A stretch of 64,000 bases of DNA from the IMG/VR virus record IMGVR_UViG_3300010165_000001, positions 76,165 to 140,164 of that record; one strand, written 5' to 3'. The translations under genes and the position numbers were made by a program. Origin of the DNA: a virus. How positions within the stretch are numbered: the stretch's first letter is position 1; every line of letters begins with the position of its first letter. The notes below the pieces were generated by a model. It did not search any database. It saw only the letters and a list, made by a program, of their open reading frames with translations, and had not been told where the DNA came from. Positions 32,301 through 41,452 of the stretch are shown piece after piece.

Positions 32301-33721
32301 GCTTTCATACCTGATTCTTTAATACCGCCAGATACTGTTTTTTGGAATTGTTTTAAATCTACATCATCACCAATTCCACCACTGTGCATAATATCTGTCA
32401 TAGATTTTAAGTAAGATTCTGTATCAGCTACACCCATACCTCTAGCTCCTGTAGCTAGTTCTGTTGTGATTTCTTCTTGGTTTGGTAATCCTTTATCTCC
32501 AATTGCTTGCATAGCTTGCGAAGACATTTTAACAAGTTCAGAAGGTTTAAATCCTAACCCTCTATCATCGGATGCTCGGAATAAGTTTTTTCTTAGAGAA
32601 GAATAATCACTTGCACCTGTTTGTTGTCCTAGTGCTATTTCTTCCCCTCTAATACCTTCTAGAGAGCTTTTACCTTGAGCGTATTGTAAACCTAGTGCTC
32701 CACCTACTCCCATAGTAGCATGAGATGCGATGGATGGTGCACGTTCTAAAGCAGTACCTAGTAACGTATCTCGACTTCTAGCTACTCTTCCTTGTTCAAA
32801 TTGTTGTCTTGTTGCTCCAGTTTTACCTAAGTCGTTAGTCATACTTTTTAAGTTAGAGACATATTTTTCTCTCTCTTTAATTTCTTTATCGTATTGACTT
32901 GATAAGGTAGAATTATAAGCTGTTTGCTCTCTATGTTCTTCTTTTCCAATTTTATTACTTGAGTAGTCTGTATTTGTTTTCTCTTGATTTTTAGCAATAT
33001 CTTCTTGTTTTTTTCTTAACTCTTTTAAAGAGGCTTTAGCTTTCTTAAGCTCATTTCTATATTGGTCATAATCTTGGTTTAAAGCTTTAGCTACTTCTGC
33101 ACCATCTCTAGCAGAGTATTTACCATCTCTACGTTCTCTTTCATTTGCAGATGTAATTCTGTTTCTTTGTTTATTTAAAGTCTTGTTAGCTTCTTTTGTT
33201 TGGTTTATATTTTTCACAGACTTTTCATATTCTTTAGGCATTTTACCTAAACGTTCCCAATCTTTAATCATTGCTTGAACGTTAGGGTCTCTTGTTGTTT
33301 TTAAACCATTAAACTCTTTTTGTTGTTTAATTGTCTGACTCATTGTTCCATTCAAACCATTTAATGTTTGATGTAACATATCATAATCAGCTTTAATACC
33401 TTTAGATAATCCAGTCTTCTGAACATCTTGTAATACACCTTGTAAGTCTTTCATATGTTTAGTCATTTCTTGTGTTATCTTTAATGAACTATTCATATCT
33501 TTAGAAGATACAATTGTATTACCTTCGTTTTTACTCATTATCTTTTGTAATTGTTTGTTTAAATCTACAGCTTTTCTAATCTTTTGTTCATAGTCTTTTA
33601 AAGGCTTAGACATATTTTGATTTTCAATAGCTTTTAGATTTGTAAGTATTGTCTCCAGTTCCTTGTTTAGTTTGGAACCATCACCATTTATGGTTAAATT
33701 ATAAGTCTCATTCATTGCCAT
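29381..33721 (-). CDS. tape measure protein (1446 aa) with Gly/Met-rich low-complexity core and C-terminal lysozyme-like domain
   Basis: Longest ORF of the tail module, downstream of the chaperone pair. The C-terminal GAIMGNLKQESNLDPNAKNPSSGAFGIAQW block resembles phage tail lysozyme domains. Confidence 0.8.
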   Translation of the reverse strand: MAMNETYNLTINGDGSKLNKELETILTNLKAIENQNMSKPLKDYEQKIRKAVDLNKQLQKIMSKNEGNTIVSSKDMNSSLKITQEMTKHMKDLQGVLQDVQKTGLSKGIKADYDMLHQTLNGLNGTMSQTIKQQKEFNGLKTTRDPNVQAMIKDWERLGKMPKEYEKSVKNINQTKEANKTLNKQRNRITSANERERRDGKYSARDGAEVAKALNQDYDQYRNELKKAKASLKELRKKQEDIAKNQEKTNTDYSSNKIGKEEHREQTAYNSTLSSQYDKEIKEREKYVSNLKSMTNDLGKTGATRQQFEQGRVARSRDTLLGTALERAPSIASHATMGVGGALGLQYAQGKSSLEGIRGEEIALGQQTGASDYSSLRKNLFRASDDRGLGFKPSELVKMSSQAMQAIGDKGLPNQEEITTELATGARGMGVADTESYLKSMTDIMHSGGIGDDVDLKQFQKTVSGGIKESGMKAQADEQLKALSSMSNTMGAQRELSTADLNSIASLQGTFAESGNKALQGEKGANALNQIQQGIAGAYQDPSMRNIMGFGSEYTGVTGAWQQRKDLGDPSKLGENLSQFMGFYGTATSEQEAATGMGLMDNFGLSGQQAEEIMKLYDKGELSEEELGKKVKEYQDSSEIDKNNKDQSEQQQGKDNTTQSRQEAQSQALYESLGALRNFQGMLAGLNPVFYQIMVAGEALAASMASSAAMMGGAYGMKRAGGAMNRRGSSMTRQRADKDNKSGKGTNLGGTPRGRKRASGKSNEKSSGSSGIVDNGMMSGMMMGGMMGSPFGGGDTQEGGKRKGMLGKIGQAGGRMARFGMMPMMMGSMMSGGQTDEEGNPTGGSSMGSMGSMMMQMMAMEALMNGGIGKLGDLGKKGFEKGKGIYGKGKDSYKKGGTKRLGKRAGIKFLKGDKALRGFPNMAKGKLSDLAKSEKVSKTESILGKGFDKSKGFSQKGFGKLSSFGGQSPTGNMSKTLGKGSGMLGKLGKVGKFGKGIPLVGGALSALGIGSSLMQGDMKGASGGVGATAGATIGGTLGSVVPGIGTAIGATAGGLLGGSVGEYAYDTTKKNNEAIKKGNIVGKGGLVDFSWGNGDKDGKGGFGDSVVGKPVMGAINGIKSLFGGGNEAKGGGGGGQDSTGIAGAYDNTENSGGQENSIKGSENKKKKMTAEELRQKNNKSESENLNMFKNLLTRWEQSIQEAKGLDAGGDSDSEDSGGSASDVGGSGSKKIYNFLKSKGLSDNQVGAIMGNLKQESNLDPNAKNPSSGAFGIAQWLGSRKTGLDNFAKSKGKKSSDLDVQLDYLWKEMQSDYESNSLKNAGWSKNASLEKNTQAFATGFERMGAHEAMMGTRVNNAKSFKKKYGGGGGGKDWSSEPTYTNRSMATLQSQQATMTQPTSGNTANVSVSININGGDSPAETAQAVRERLDSYFDSSDFDIFQNNYRRT

Positions 33722-33741
33722 TTGTATACCACCACTTTTCT

Positions 33742-33776
33742 AAAAAAATAAGGTAGTGGATTTTAACCACCACCTT
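33742..33776 (-). terminator. terminator-like hairpin/attenuator between chaperone and tape measure genes
   Basis: AAGGTAGTGG/CCACCACCTT stem with one mismatch, then T7 on the minus strand. Confidence 0.4.
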
Positions 33777-34405
33777 TAAATATCGAAGAAATCATCTGTC
33801 TCTTCTTCTGTACCATTAAATAAGCTTATTGCACTTTCTAAATCATCTTTAGTCATATCTTCTGGAACTGTTGTAGAAGGTTTTTCTTCTTTAATTTTTC
33901 CATTGTTTACTTCATCATCAAGTTCTTCTAATTGTTTATTAATATGTTCTCTAATTTCATCTTGATGGTTTTGTTTAATCATTTCTTGTTCTTCTTCTGA
34001 ATAATCATCAGCCTTAATACGTTCTGCTTTCTTACGTCTTTCTGTTTCAGAAAGTAAAGCATCTACTTGTTTAGCTAAATCATCTTCATCATGGTCTTCA
34101 CGTAATGGGTCAAACGTTTCAGAATCTTCGTTCCACCATGAATCATCATCATCTTCAACTGTATTTTTAAGTCCTTTAGCCATTCTTTGTTGTTCTTTCA
34201 TATCCATTTCCATATTAGCAAATATGTACTCTATTTGGTCAGGGGATAGATTTTGGAATCTTTCATCTGTAGGTAGTACTTGGAACTTTTCCATAATTCT
34301 CCACATATTACGACCATAGTTATTCTTCGCAACATGCTTCATACCTCCTAATTCTTGTATATCTCTTCTAGTAACGAAAGGTTGATTGAAATTCCATCCA
34401 ATCAT
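33776..34405 (-). CDS. acidic tail assembly chaperone-like protein (209 aa)
   Basis: Between tail tube and tape measure; overlaps the upstream ORF by 38 nt in another frame; no Shine-Dalgarno before its ATG. Confidence 0.55.
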   Translation of the reverse strand: MIGWNFNQPFVTRRDIQELGGMKHVAKNNYGRNMWRIMEKFQVLPTDERFQNLSPDQIEYIFANMEMDMKEQQRMAKGLKNTVEDDDDSWWNEDSETFDPLREDHDEDDLAKQVDALLSETERRKKAERIKADDYSEEEQEMIKQNHQDEIREHINKQLEELDDEVNNGKIKEEKPSTTVPEDMTKDDLESAISLFNGTEEETDDFFDI

Positions 34406-34913
34406 TATACATTTGAATTAATGGGGCAGGGTTATACACATCTTCCTCATTCTTGAAATACTTAGGAACTTCATCACCTACAACTTGTATTGTAGCTAAC
34501 ATTTCAAAAGCATAATAAATATATGCTGGTTGGTCTACATCCGTACCTCCAAGGTATTTGGAGCGTAGAGCATTAATTTGACCTTGTTCAATCATGTTAG
34601 GTAAGTGTAATTTAATTGTGAATGTTAAACCTAACTCTCTAAAGTCATAGTGTTTAATGAATGAATCATTATACCCTCTTATAACCTTATCCAATACTTT
34701 TTGTTTCTCTTGTTCTTGTTTGTATTTGATTTCTTCTATTTCTTCTTTAGTCATTTCAGAAACAGGTTTTTGTTTTTCTTCTTTTTCTTTAGAATCCTCT
34801 TCTTTAGATTCTTCTTTTTTATCTTCTGTTTCTTTAGTATCTTTTTTATATTTTAATTCATCTATCTCTTCTTCGGTCATTTCAGATAAATCTTTTTTAG
34901 TTTCTTCAGCCAT
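34368..34913 (-). CDS. tail assembly chaperone-like protein (181 aa)
   Basis: First gene after the tail tube; Glu/Lys-rich N-terminus with duplicated EMT(E/K)EEI(D/E)E(L/I)KYK segments. Confidence 0.55.
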   Translation of the reverse strand: MAEETKKDLSEMTEEEIDELKYKKDTKETEDKKEESKEEDSKEKEEKQKPVSEMTKEEIEEIKYKQEQEKQKVLDKVIRGYNDSFIKHYDFRELGLTFTIKLHLPNMIEQGQINALRSKYLGGTDVDQPAYIYYAFEMLATIQVVGDEVPKYFKNEEDVYNPAPLIQMYNDWMEFQSTFRY

Positions 34914-35045
34914 AATATAAACACTTTCTCCTCTTCTTAGTAATTAATTTTTTCCTTTTACATATCTAATATAGCACGCAATAATATTATTCTATCCTAT
35001 TTATATTAATTATATCATATTATTTATGTATAACAAAATAGGAAT

Positions 35046-35076
35046 AAAAAAAAGACCTAGAAATTAATCTAGGTCT
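35046..35076 (-). terminator. rho-independent terminator after the tail tube gene
   Basis: AGACCTAGA/TCTAGGTCT stem plus T8 on the minus strand, 17 nt after the reconstructed stop at 35093. Confidence 0.8.
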
Positions 35077-35092
35077 AAAATATTCTAAAATA

Positions 35093-36098
35093 TTATGAGG
35101 CTTTATCTGATGCTGTAAGATAAGAAACAATTTTGTTACGAATAGAATCGTTATTTCTATCCTTCTATATGTTTCCATATAGTTCAGACTATATCATCAC
35201 CTTAAAATTGAAGGTGTCTCCCATTTCCAATCACTTGATTGTACGTCCGCAGACTAGTCGTTGCACGTTCTCTTGTTTTAAGAGCTTCGCTCATGATTGC
35301 CCTCAACATTACTTGTTAGGGGTTTCCATGAATTAGAGAGATTTGCTATAACCATTTCTGATTATAGGAGCTTTTTACCTACTCAATACTTTCTGTAATC
35401 ATTTCATTGGTATTAATTTCTTCGTCCAATATCTTCATACAAGGTCGTTAATCTTGTACAGTTCTCTAATGAACTTCTCTATGTTTCCATAGATGATGAG
35501 ACTATATCACAATCCTATAAGGATTCTTTTCTTTTCCATTTAACAAGGGTTTATTTGGTAATTACCCAACACCTTGACCACTTGGTTGTACACTTACTCC
35601 CTTTGAATAATCAATTAGGTTTCTGTTAGTCGTTTGGCATTTATGATTCTAGGAATCAATTTAGCACAGGATTGCCATATACTTAATGTACTTAGGTTTC
35701 CCTGTTTAGAAAAGTTTTTCGATAAGGATTACTCCTTAAAGCTACAACTTATTATAGTTATTTGCGCTGCAACCATGATAAGCTATGATTACACTCTTAG
35801 TTAAGTTATCTACAACTAAAATGTCGATAACATCTTTTTTAAGGATTTCTTCACCTAAAGAAGCATATCCTAATTTTGCGAAGTTTTCTTTTTTCATTCG
35901 TAATCTTTCTATCGTCACTGTACCTTCATATCTAAGGTAAACGTGTTCTTGTGGCATGATAGAACCAATTTCATATACGCCCTCAGTACCGTATTCACGT
36001 GTACCTGAAGCTGATTGAGCTCTGCCTACAATTTTACCCTTAATCATTAGATAGACGGTATTACCAGTGTGAATACTTTGTTTAGCTTCACTTGCCAT
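35093..36098 (-). CDS. tail tube protein (Twort orf142 homologue), three exons: 36098-35751, 35426-35381, 35127-35093
   Basis: The exons join in frame to exactly 142 aa (...SANNYN/DEEINTNEMITESIE/FSYLTASDKAS). Both 5' exons end in U and both introns end in G. The gene is immediately downstream of the sheath gene. Confidence 0.8.
35128..35380 (-). ncRNA. group I intron 2 of the tail tube gene (253 nt, no ORF)
   Basis: Segment by segment it resembles the crystallised Twort orf142-I2 ribozyme as I recall it: GGAAACCCCUAAC, GGGCAAUCAUGAGCGAAGCUCUUA, GUGCAACGACUAGUC, GAUAUAGUCUGAAC, CGUAACAAAAUUG with terminal G. Confidence 0.8.
35427..35750 (-). ncRNA. group I intron 1 of the tail tube gene (324 nt, no ORF)
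   Basis: P1 pairing: exon CUAUAAU with intron GUUGUAG. Core strings GGAAACCUAAG, GGCAAUCCUGUGCUAAAUU, AAAUGCCAAACGACUAA and GUGAUAUAGUCU match the Twort orf142 intron family. Confidence 0.75.
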
Positions 36099-36138
36099 CT
36101 ATATTCACTCTCCTATTTTGTTTAACTTTTTCATAATA

Positions 36139-36161
36139 GGAGTACCTAATCTAGGTACTCC
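36139..36161 (-). other. 10-bp perfect hairpin between sheath and tube genes (no U-tract)
   Basis: GGAGTACCTA atc TAGGTACTCC. Possible processing or stability element, or a weak attenuator. Confidence 0.5.
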
Positions 36162-36167
36162 ACTAGA

Positions 36168-37937
36168 TTAGGCTTGTAATTGTTGTTCTTTATAAACCAA
36201 TGATACAGTAATTTTTTTCAATGTTCTGATTGGGAATACTGTCATTGAGATACGTGCTTCTTTACCTTCAATAATAACTTGTACGTCTTCTGGTGTGAAA
36301 TCTTGGATTTCATGGTCACGTTTTTTACGTTCAAGATAAGACTGAATAAAGTCTTTGATAATTGAAGGACTTGTTTCTGTTGTTCTAGTACCGATGAAGT
36401 TATCATCAAGTAAGATTTTAAGTTCAGAACTTAAGAAGTCGTTTTCTTCACCAATTGCCATTTCAGATTTAACAGGGTCTCTTGTATCATTGTATGTTGT
36501 AACGTCATCTACAATACGGAAACGAGTGTTTAATCTGTCACGAACGAATTCGATAGATACAACACCGTTTTCGTTTAATTGGTCTAAGTCTGAGGATTCA
36601 TAAACTTGGTCTAATGAATTAATACGGAAGTTCTTGAATGTGATTGACTCACCAATATCTAGTCCACTTACTAAACCACCAATAGCTGCTGCTACCATAT
36701 ATGCAGGTACATGGTTTCTACGTCCATCTCCCATCATAAATGTACCAGAGTTAGCTATAAGCGTAACACGTGGATTTACTAGAGCTGAAGCACGACCAAT
36801 TAATTGTTCTTTTGCTTCATTAAACCCTGCACCAACAATAGCTCTCATTGGTTCTCCTGCATCTGAACGTGAAGTTACAAAATGTGCAACCTCTGCGTGT
36901 ACAGATTGTCTAGAACTTAGTGGTACAATGTAGTATCCACCTTCATGAGCAAATTTATCTAATTTTTCTGACCAAGTGCTTGGAGGTGTTCCATTTGTTC
37001 CGCCTTGTAAGTTAGATAATTCAAATGGTTCAATGTCTTGTACAGATACAGTACTTCCTGCTGATACTTCAGCACTACTTTCACCTGCTTCTACACTTAC
37101 ATCGCTTGGAGAATCTTGTTGTCCTTCTGTACGTTCAATTGATATTGCTTGGTCATATTTTGTTTGATTTAAAATATCACCGAAGATTGCTGTTACATAA
37201 ACCCCATCTTCAACTTTAATATCTACATCTTTAGCTTCATCTAAATACTTAGTTTCTAAGTCTTTATTTCCGAATGGTGATAATGTAGCTTTAAAGCTTG
37301 GTAAGTTGTTTACGTCTTTAATGATGTCATTCGTATATTCATATACACCTTCACCTAGTGCATAGTTTCTTACTTCTGAACCATCTTCACTTAAGATTAG
37401 GTTTGTAGCTTCACCAGTTTCTTTATTATGTTTAACTGTATAAGTACCTTGACCTTCTCCTGTATATTCTAATTTGAAGATATTACCAATATTATCGTAA
37501 GTGTTACGAATACGGTCTTTATCAAAGATAACTTTCAAACGGTAAGAATCTGTGATAGTGTTTTCTTCTAAAGCAACTTGAATGTCATTAGAGTCTACAC
37601 CATAGATTTTAGATTTAAAAGTTAATCCACCTTTAGTTAGTGTTGCAGGTTCTGCATCTTCAATACGCATTGCTAAAATAGTTCCTGCTGTAAATTGTGG
37701 GTTTGTAGTCCATGCTAAGTGAATAGCATCTACTAATTCTCCTGAACGGAAAATTTGTTCAGCTTGTGAATAATTTCGTAATTCATATACTGTGTTAGGT
37801 TCCCCACCTTCAGCTTGTCCAATTAAGCAAAGAATCTTCTCACTTGAACTTGCTGAACCACCAATACCTGACGTATCTACATTTATTTCTGTATGTGGAC
37901 GGGTGATAGGGATTCTTGGAAATACACTTTCAGCCAT
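36168..37937 (-). CDS. tail sheath protein (589 aa)
   Basis: PITRPH..I.VDTSGIGGSA.SSEK..CLIGQAEGGEPNTVYELRNYSQA and the C-terminal ISMTV(F/Y)PIR...SLVYK.Q.LQA closely match the phage K sheath sequence as I remember it. Confidence 0.9.
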   Translation of the reverse strand: MAESVFPRIPITRPHTEINVDTSGIGGSASSSEKILCLIGQAEGGEPNTVYELRNYSQAEQIFRSGELVDAIHLAWTTNPQFTAGTILAMRIEDAEPATLTKGGLTFKSKIYGVDSNDIQVALEENTITDSYRLKVIFDKDRIRNTYDNIGNIFKLEYTGEGQGTYTVKHNKETGEATNLILSEDGSEVRNYALGEGVYEYTNDIIKDVNNLPSFKATLSPFGNKDLETKYLDEAKDVDIKVEDGVYVTAIFGDILNQTKYDQAISIERTEGQQDSPSDVSVEAGESSAEVSAGSTVSVQDIEPFELSNLQGGTNGTPPSTWSEKLDKFAHEGGYYIVPLSSRQSVHAEVAHFVTSRSDAGEPMRAIVGAGFNEAKEQLIGRASALVNPRVTLIANSGTFMMGDGRRNHVPAYMVAAAIGGLVSGLDIGESITFKNFRINSLDQVYESSDLDQLNENGVVSIEFVRDRLNTRFRIVDDVTTYNDTRDPVKSEMAIGEENDFLSSELKILLDDNFIGTRTTETSPSIIKDFIQSYLERKKRDHEIQDFTPEDVQVIIEGKEARISMTVFPIRTLKKITVSLVYKEQQLQA

Positions 37938-37958
37938 ATTATTTATGTCTCCTATCTA

Positions 37959-38186
37959 TTATTTTAATTTTTTACCTAAATAACTTTCTAAGTAAGGTAT
38001 AAAATCACGTTCTGAACGTTGATAATATTTACCTTCCATAAAAGCTTTAAATCCTTTAGCTTCTCCATCAGAGAATTTAAAGACTGTTTGTGCTGAGTTA
38101 ATAAAAGTATCTATATCAGCATATCCTGTGAATTTAGGTTTTGTTTGTTTTGTTGTTGGTTTTTTACTAGCCATTGTTATAGTCAT
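37959..38186 (-). CDS. hypothetical head-tail joining module protein (75 aa)
   Basis: ORF track; co-directional; 20-nt overlap with the upstream ORF. Confidence 0.5.
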   Translation of the reverse strand: MTITMASKKPTTKQTKPKFTGYADIDTFINSAQTVFKFSDGEAKGFKAFMEGKYYQRSERDFIPYLESYLGKKLK

Positions 38187-39009
38187 ACCTTCCTTTAAAT
38201 GTTAATTTGTTGATGTCTTGAGTGATTGTATAGTCCATATCTATAGATGTTTCATATGAAATGATTGTTGGTCTACCCCAAATATAAAAATCAGTATCTG
38301 TAATTATAGGGGATAAATCTCCGAACTCTAATCTTTGTAATTGTAAAGATTGTTGTTCTTGTAAGCTATCTCTCATTGATATTAAAATCATTTTTAAAAT
38401 AGCATCTAAACACCTTGCTGTATCTACGTTATCAGATAATCCAACAATCGTTACTTGTTCACTAACAGTAAAACCTTTTACAAGACCTTTAGTATCACCT
38501 GTTTTTTCAACATATTTAACAATAGCCTGATAATTTTCTAAAGATTCATTTCCATCATATCTAAAAGAAATAACATTATCTTCCCACTTCAAATCATCAA
38601 ACTCAGCAAAGGAAATATGTTCTACAACTAATACATCATGAATAGGTTTAGAAACTTTAAGTTTCAATCTATCCCCATCTCTATACACTGTACTATATTC
38701 AGATTGTGTATTACCACTTGCTTCTAAGTAATCAGCTTGTATATTAGAGAAGGATGTATTTGATTCCCTGCCTTGTCCTTGTTGAATGAGATAATGTGCT
38801 TTAGTACCATTTTTAAATTCAGGTGTTTTGAAACTTATAGTGACTTCATAAGGTGCATTTTCTCCACAAAAACCTTCTTTAAAGTTCTCTCTTGTGGATT
38901 CGTTGTAGTCCTTCAAAACCTCGTCTATAATATAACAATTTTTAAGCACTGTCTGTAATCTAGGCTCTATTTCTTCTAGTAAATATGAGTCAGTTGAAGT
39001 GATAGCCAT
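38167..39009 (-). CDS. hypothetical structural protein (280 aa), head-tail module
   Basis: ORF track; synteny between capsid and sheath genes. Confidence 0.5.
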   Translation of the reverse strand: MAITSTDSYLLEEIEPRLQTVLKNCYIIDEVLKDYNESTRENFKEGFCGENAPYEVTISFKTPEFKNGTKAHYLIQQGQGRESNTSFSNIQADYLEASGNTQSEYSTVYRDGDRLKLKVSKPIHDVLVVEHISFAEFDDLKWEDNVISFRYDGNESLENYQAIVKYVEKTGDTKGLVKGFTVSEQVTIVGLSDNVDTARCLDAILKMILISMRDSLQEQQSLQLQRLEFGDLSPIITDTDFYIWGRPTIISYETSIDMDYTITQDINKLTFKGRYDYNNG

Positions 39010-39025
39010 AATAGTCTTTTCTCCT

Positions 39026-39634
39026 TTATAGGTTGTTCATCTTCCATCTCATTAATGATTCAATATCTCTTCTATCTCTTGAAGACATCCCTTCAGTATT
39101 TCCTCTGTTTATTATCCAAGAGTTTGGAGGTGATGTATCAGAAACTGTTCTGAAGAATACATAATGAGATTTGTTTTTAGGTTTATCTACTTTAGTTATA
39201 TTTTTACTAGCTTGTTTTGGTGCTAAGCTAGGGACTGTTGTTTTCTGTCTAGTACCTTCTATATAATCTATTAAAGTATTTGTATACTTACCTTGTTTTT
39301 GAACCTTGTTTAATTTTGTATACATTCTACTACTCATTTGACTTGTTTTTACACGAATAGGTACTATTAAGTACCATCCCCCATCTTTCTTGTCTTTCTT
39401 CTTAGAAGACCTAGCAAAGTATGGTTTTAAGTCAATGATATTGTTTTCTTCCATTTTCTTTTCTATTTGAATTCTGTTATTAACTCTAGTTACCTTTACA
39501 TCGTCCATATCCATTTGGATTTGTTGAGCTTGTAAATGTAATTCATTTGTAGCATCATTCTCTAAACCTTTAGCAATCTTCCTAGATGATTCACTAGGAT
39601 TTGCTAAAAACTTAGGTATTTTATTCTTTGCCAT
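39026..39634 (-). CDS. hypothetical structural protein (202 aa), head-tail module
   Basis: ORF track; synteny. Confidence 0.5.
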   Translation of the reverse strand: MAKNKIPKFLANPSESSRKIAKGLENDATNELHLQAQQIQMDMDDVKVTRVNNRIQIEKKMEENNIIDLKPYFARSSKKKDKKDGGWYLIVPIRVKTSQMSSRMYTKLNKVQKQGKYTNTLIDYIEGTRQKTTVPSLAPKQASKNITKVDKPKNKSHYVFFRTVSDTSPPNSWIINRGNTEGMSSRDRRDIESLMRWKMNNL

Positions 39635-40515
39635 TAGAAAACACCACCAAAGAATCCACCTTTATTTTCTTGACTTGTAGGTTTAGCCTTAGGGTCATCT
39701 ATAACATCATCTATTTGTATATCCTCATTAATACCATCTTTAGGTTTATATGCTTCTGGTTTAACAAAAACGTCTTCTCTTTTTAAGAGTAACTTTTGTG
39801 GTAAATTTTCAAATTTAGTTTGAGGTTCATTGAATTGTGTATATTGATAACGACTTTCTTTAAGTATATCTGAAACAGTATATCTTAAAGTCATATATAT
39901 TTTTAAAGATACATTTTGTCCTATAAATGATTTATCTAAATATAGTCTATTATCTTTTACTGTATAATCTTCTTCATACAAGACACGTTCATCTGTTGTT
40001 ATATATATAATTTCTTTTGTATCATAGACTAATGATATTCCTTTTTTAACTCTATCTTCTGTTATTAAGAAAATCATATGTTGAGGCATTACTACATCTG
40101 GAACTGTAAATCTATCCCTGTAGGATACTCTATGTTCTAATTGTGTTGTTCCTATAGCAGTTCCTGTTTCCATAATACCTAAGTCGAATACACTCACACC
40201 TTTACCTTGTGATTGAATAGCCATTACTGTCTCTTTAGGTGGTAAATAGGCTATACCTGAACCATGGCATCTTGGACAATCTATTCTAGGTGCTCCTGTT
40301 TTTGTATTTAAACAAGGACAGAGGTATGCTTGTTCCCAAAGAACTTTTATACCTCTATGATACATAAACCTACGCATTTCTTTTGTGTCAAATTCTAATC
40401 TTGTTGTTGATGTTTGAGGTTCTTCTTTTTCTAAAGGAGAGTAGGAAGTATCATTGCTTATAGAAGGATTAACTTTATCTACTCTACTACTTGTTAATTT
40501 ATAACTCTTTTCCAA
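39634..40515 (-). CDS. hypothetical structural protein (293 aa) with CxC...CxxC cluster
   Basis: ORF track; CPCLNTKTGAPRIDCPRCHG looks like a zinc-ribbon-like insert. Confidence 0.5.
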   Translation of the reverse strand: MEKSYKLTSSRVDKVNPSISNDTSYSPLEKEEPQTSTTRLEFDTKEMRRFMYHRGIKVLWEQAYLCPCLNTKTGAPRIDCPRCHGSGIAYLPPKETVMAIQSQGKGVSVFDLGIMETGTAIGTTQLEHRVSYRDRFTVPDVVMPQHMIFLITEDRVKKGISLVYDTKEIIYITTDERVLYEEDYTVKDNRLYLDKSFIGQNVSLKIYMTLRYTVSDILKESRYQYTQFNEPQTKFENLPQKLLLKREDVFVKPEAYKPKDGINEDIQIDDVIDDPKAKPTSQENKGGFFGGVF

Positions 40516-40528
40516 ATATATTCCTCCT

Positions 40529-41440
40529 TTAGATAGCTACCATGTTAGTACCAAAGTATGATTGTAGACCTTTTAATAGCTCATCAATATCATCATTTAT
40601 TTGAAGGATTTGAGCACTAGCCCCACCATACATAGCTGTTTGAGTAGTACCAATTGTTTCACTAATACCATCAACATCTAGTGTTTTGTTTGCGATACCT
40701 GCACCAATAATCAAGTTACCCCATACTTGATATATCTCTTTAAGTGCATATTTAATTACTAATTGTTGCAAACTTGTAGGACATTCCCATGGTTTAGTTA
40801 CACCTGCTCTTTTCTGTGGTAACATACCTGAAATATATTCTAAGTGTATCATTTGTGGAGCATAAGTATTACCTTGTGGTGGCATCATACCTGCTAGATA
40901 AGGATAACCACTTACCATACTAGAATAACTAGCTCCTTGCCCTACTTGCATTAAAGCTGTTGGGTATAGTTGTACTTGTCCATCTACATGGTGTACTTTC
41001 CACCAGTTAGCTGGGTATTTATATATTGGTCTACCATTGAAGTGTAATTGTAATCCTTCAACTTGTAAGATTGGTTTCTTATAAGCATGAACAAACATAT
41101 AACTATTGAAATCTTGTTCATAGTAGTCTCTTTGCTCATCTTGGAAATCGGGTAGTATAGATATATCTAATGCTTTTTCTGCTTTATCTATAGCCACTTC
41201 AAATACATGATTGTAGAAGGCATCATCCATTTCTTTACCTGTTTCAGGGTTTTGTACCCTTATACCATACATGTAATGTTCTTTGATAGCTTCAGGTGTC
41301 CATCCATAATCAGCTAGAGTATATGATTCTACTTCTGATTTATCTATCTTCTTAGGATTACCTGCTGGGTGATAAGGATACTCATAATTATCTGTTGTTT
41401 CATACGGGTCTAGATGTCCGCCAAACATAGGGTTAGACAT
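40529..41440 (-). CDS. head-tail connector/head completion-like protein (303 aa)
   Basis: Size and position match the roughly 302-aa ORF after the capsid gene in K-like phages. Confidence 0.5.
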   Translation of the reverse strand: MSNPMFGGHLDPYETTDNYEYPYHPAGNPKKIDKSEVESYTLADYGWTPEAIKEHYMYGIRVQNPETGKEMDDAFYNHVFEVAIDKAEKALDISILPDFQDEQRDYYEQDFNSYMFVHAYKKPILQVEGLQLHFNGRPIYKYPANWWKVHHVDGQVQLYPTALMQVGQGASYSSMVSGYPYLAGMMPPQGNTYAPQMIHLEYISGMLPQKRAGVTKPWECPTSLQQLVIKYALKEIYQVWGNLIIGAGIANKTLDVDGISETIGTTQTAMYGGASAQILQINDDIDELLKGLQSYFGTNMVAI

Positions 41441-41452
41441 TCTTTATCACCT

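Noticed and set aside
35133-35336. Track ORF (67 aa, plus strand) between the tail tube and chaperone genes
   Set aside because: It lies antisense to tail tube intron 2 and the final exon and has no RBS. The region is fully explained by the intron-exon model.
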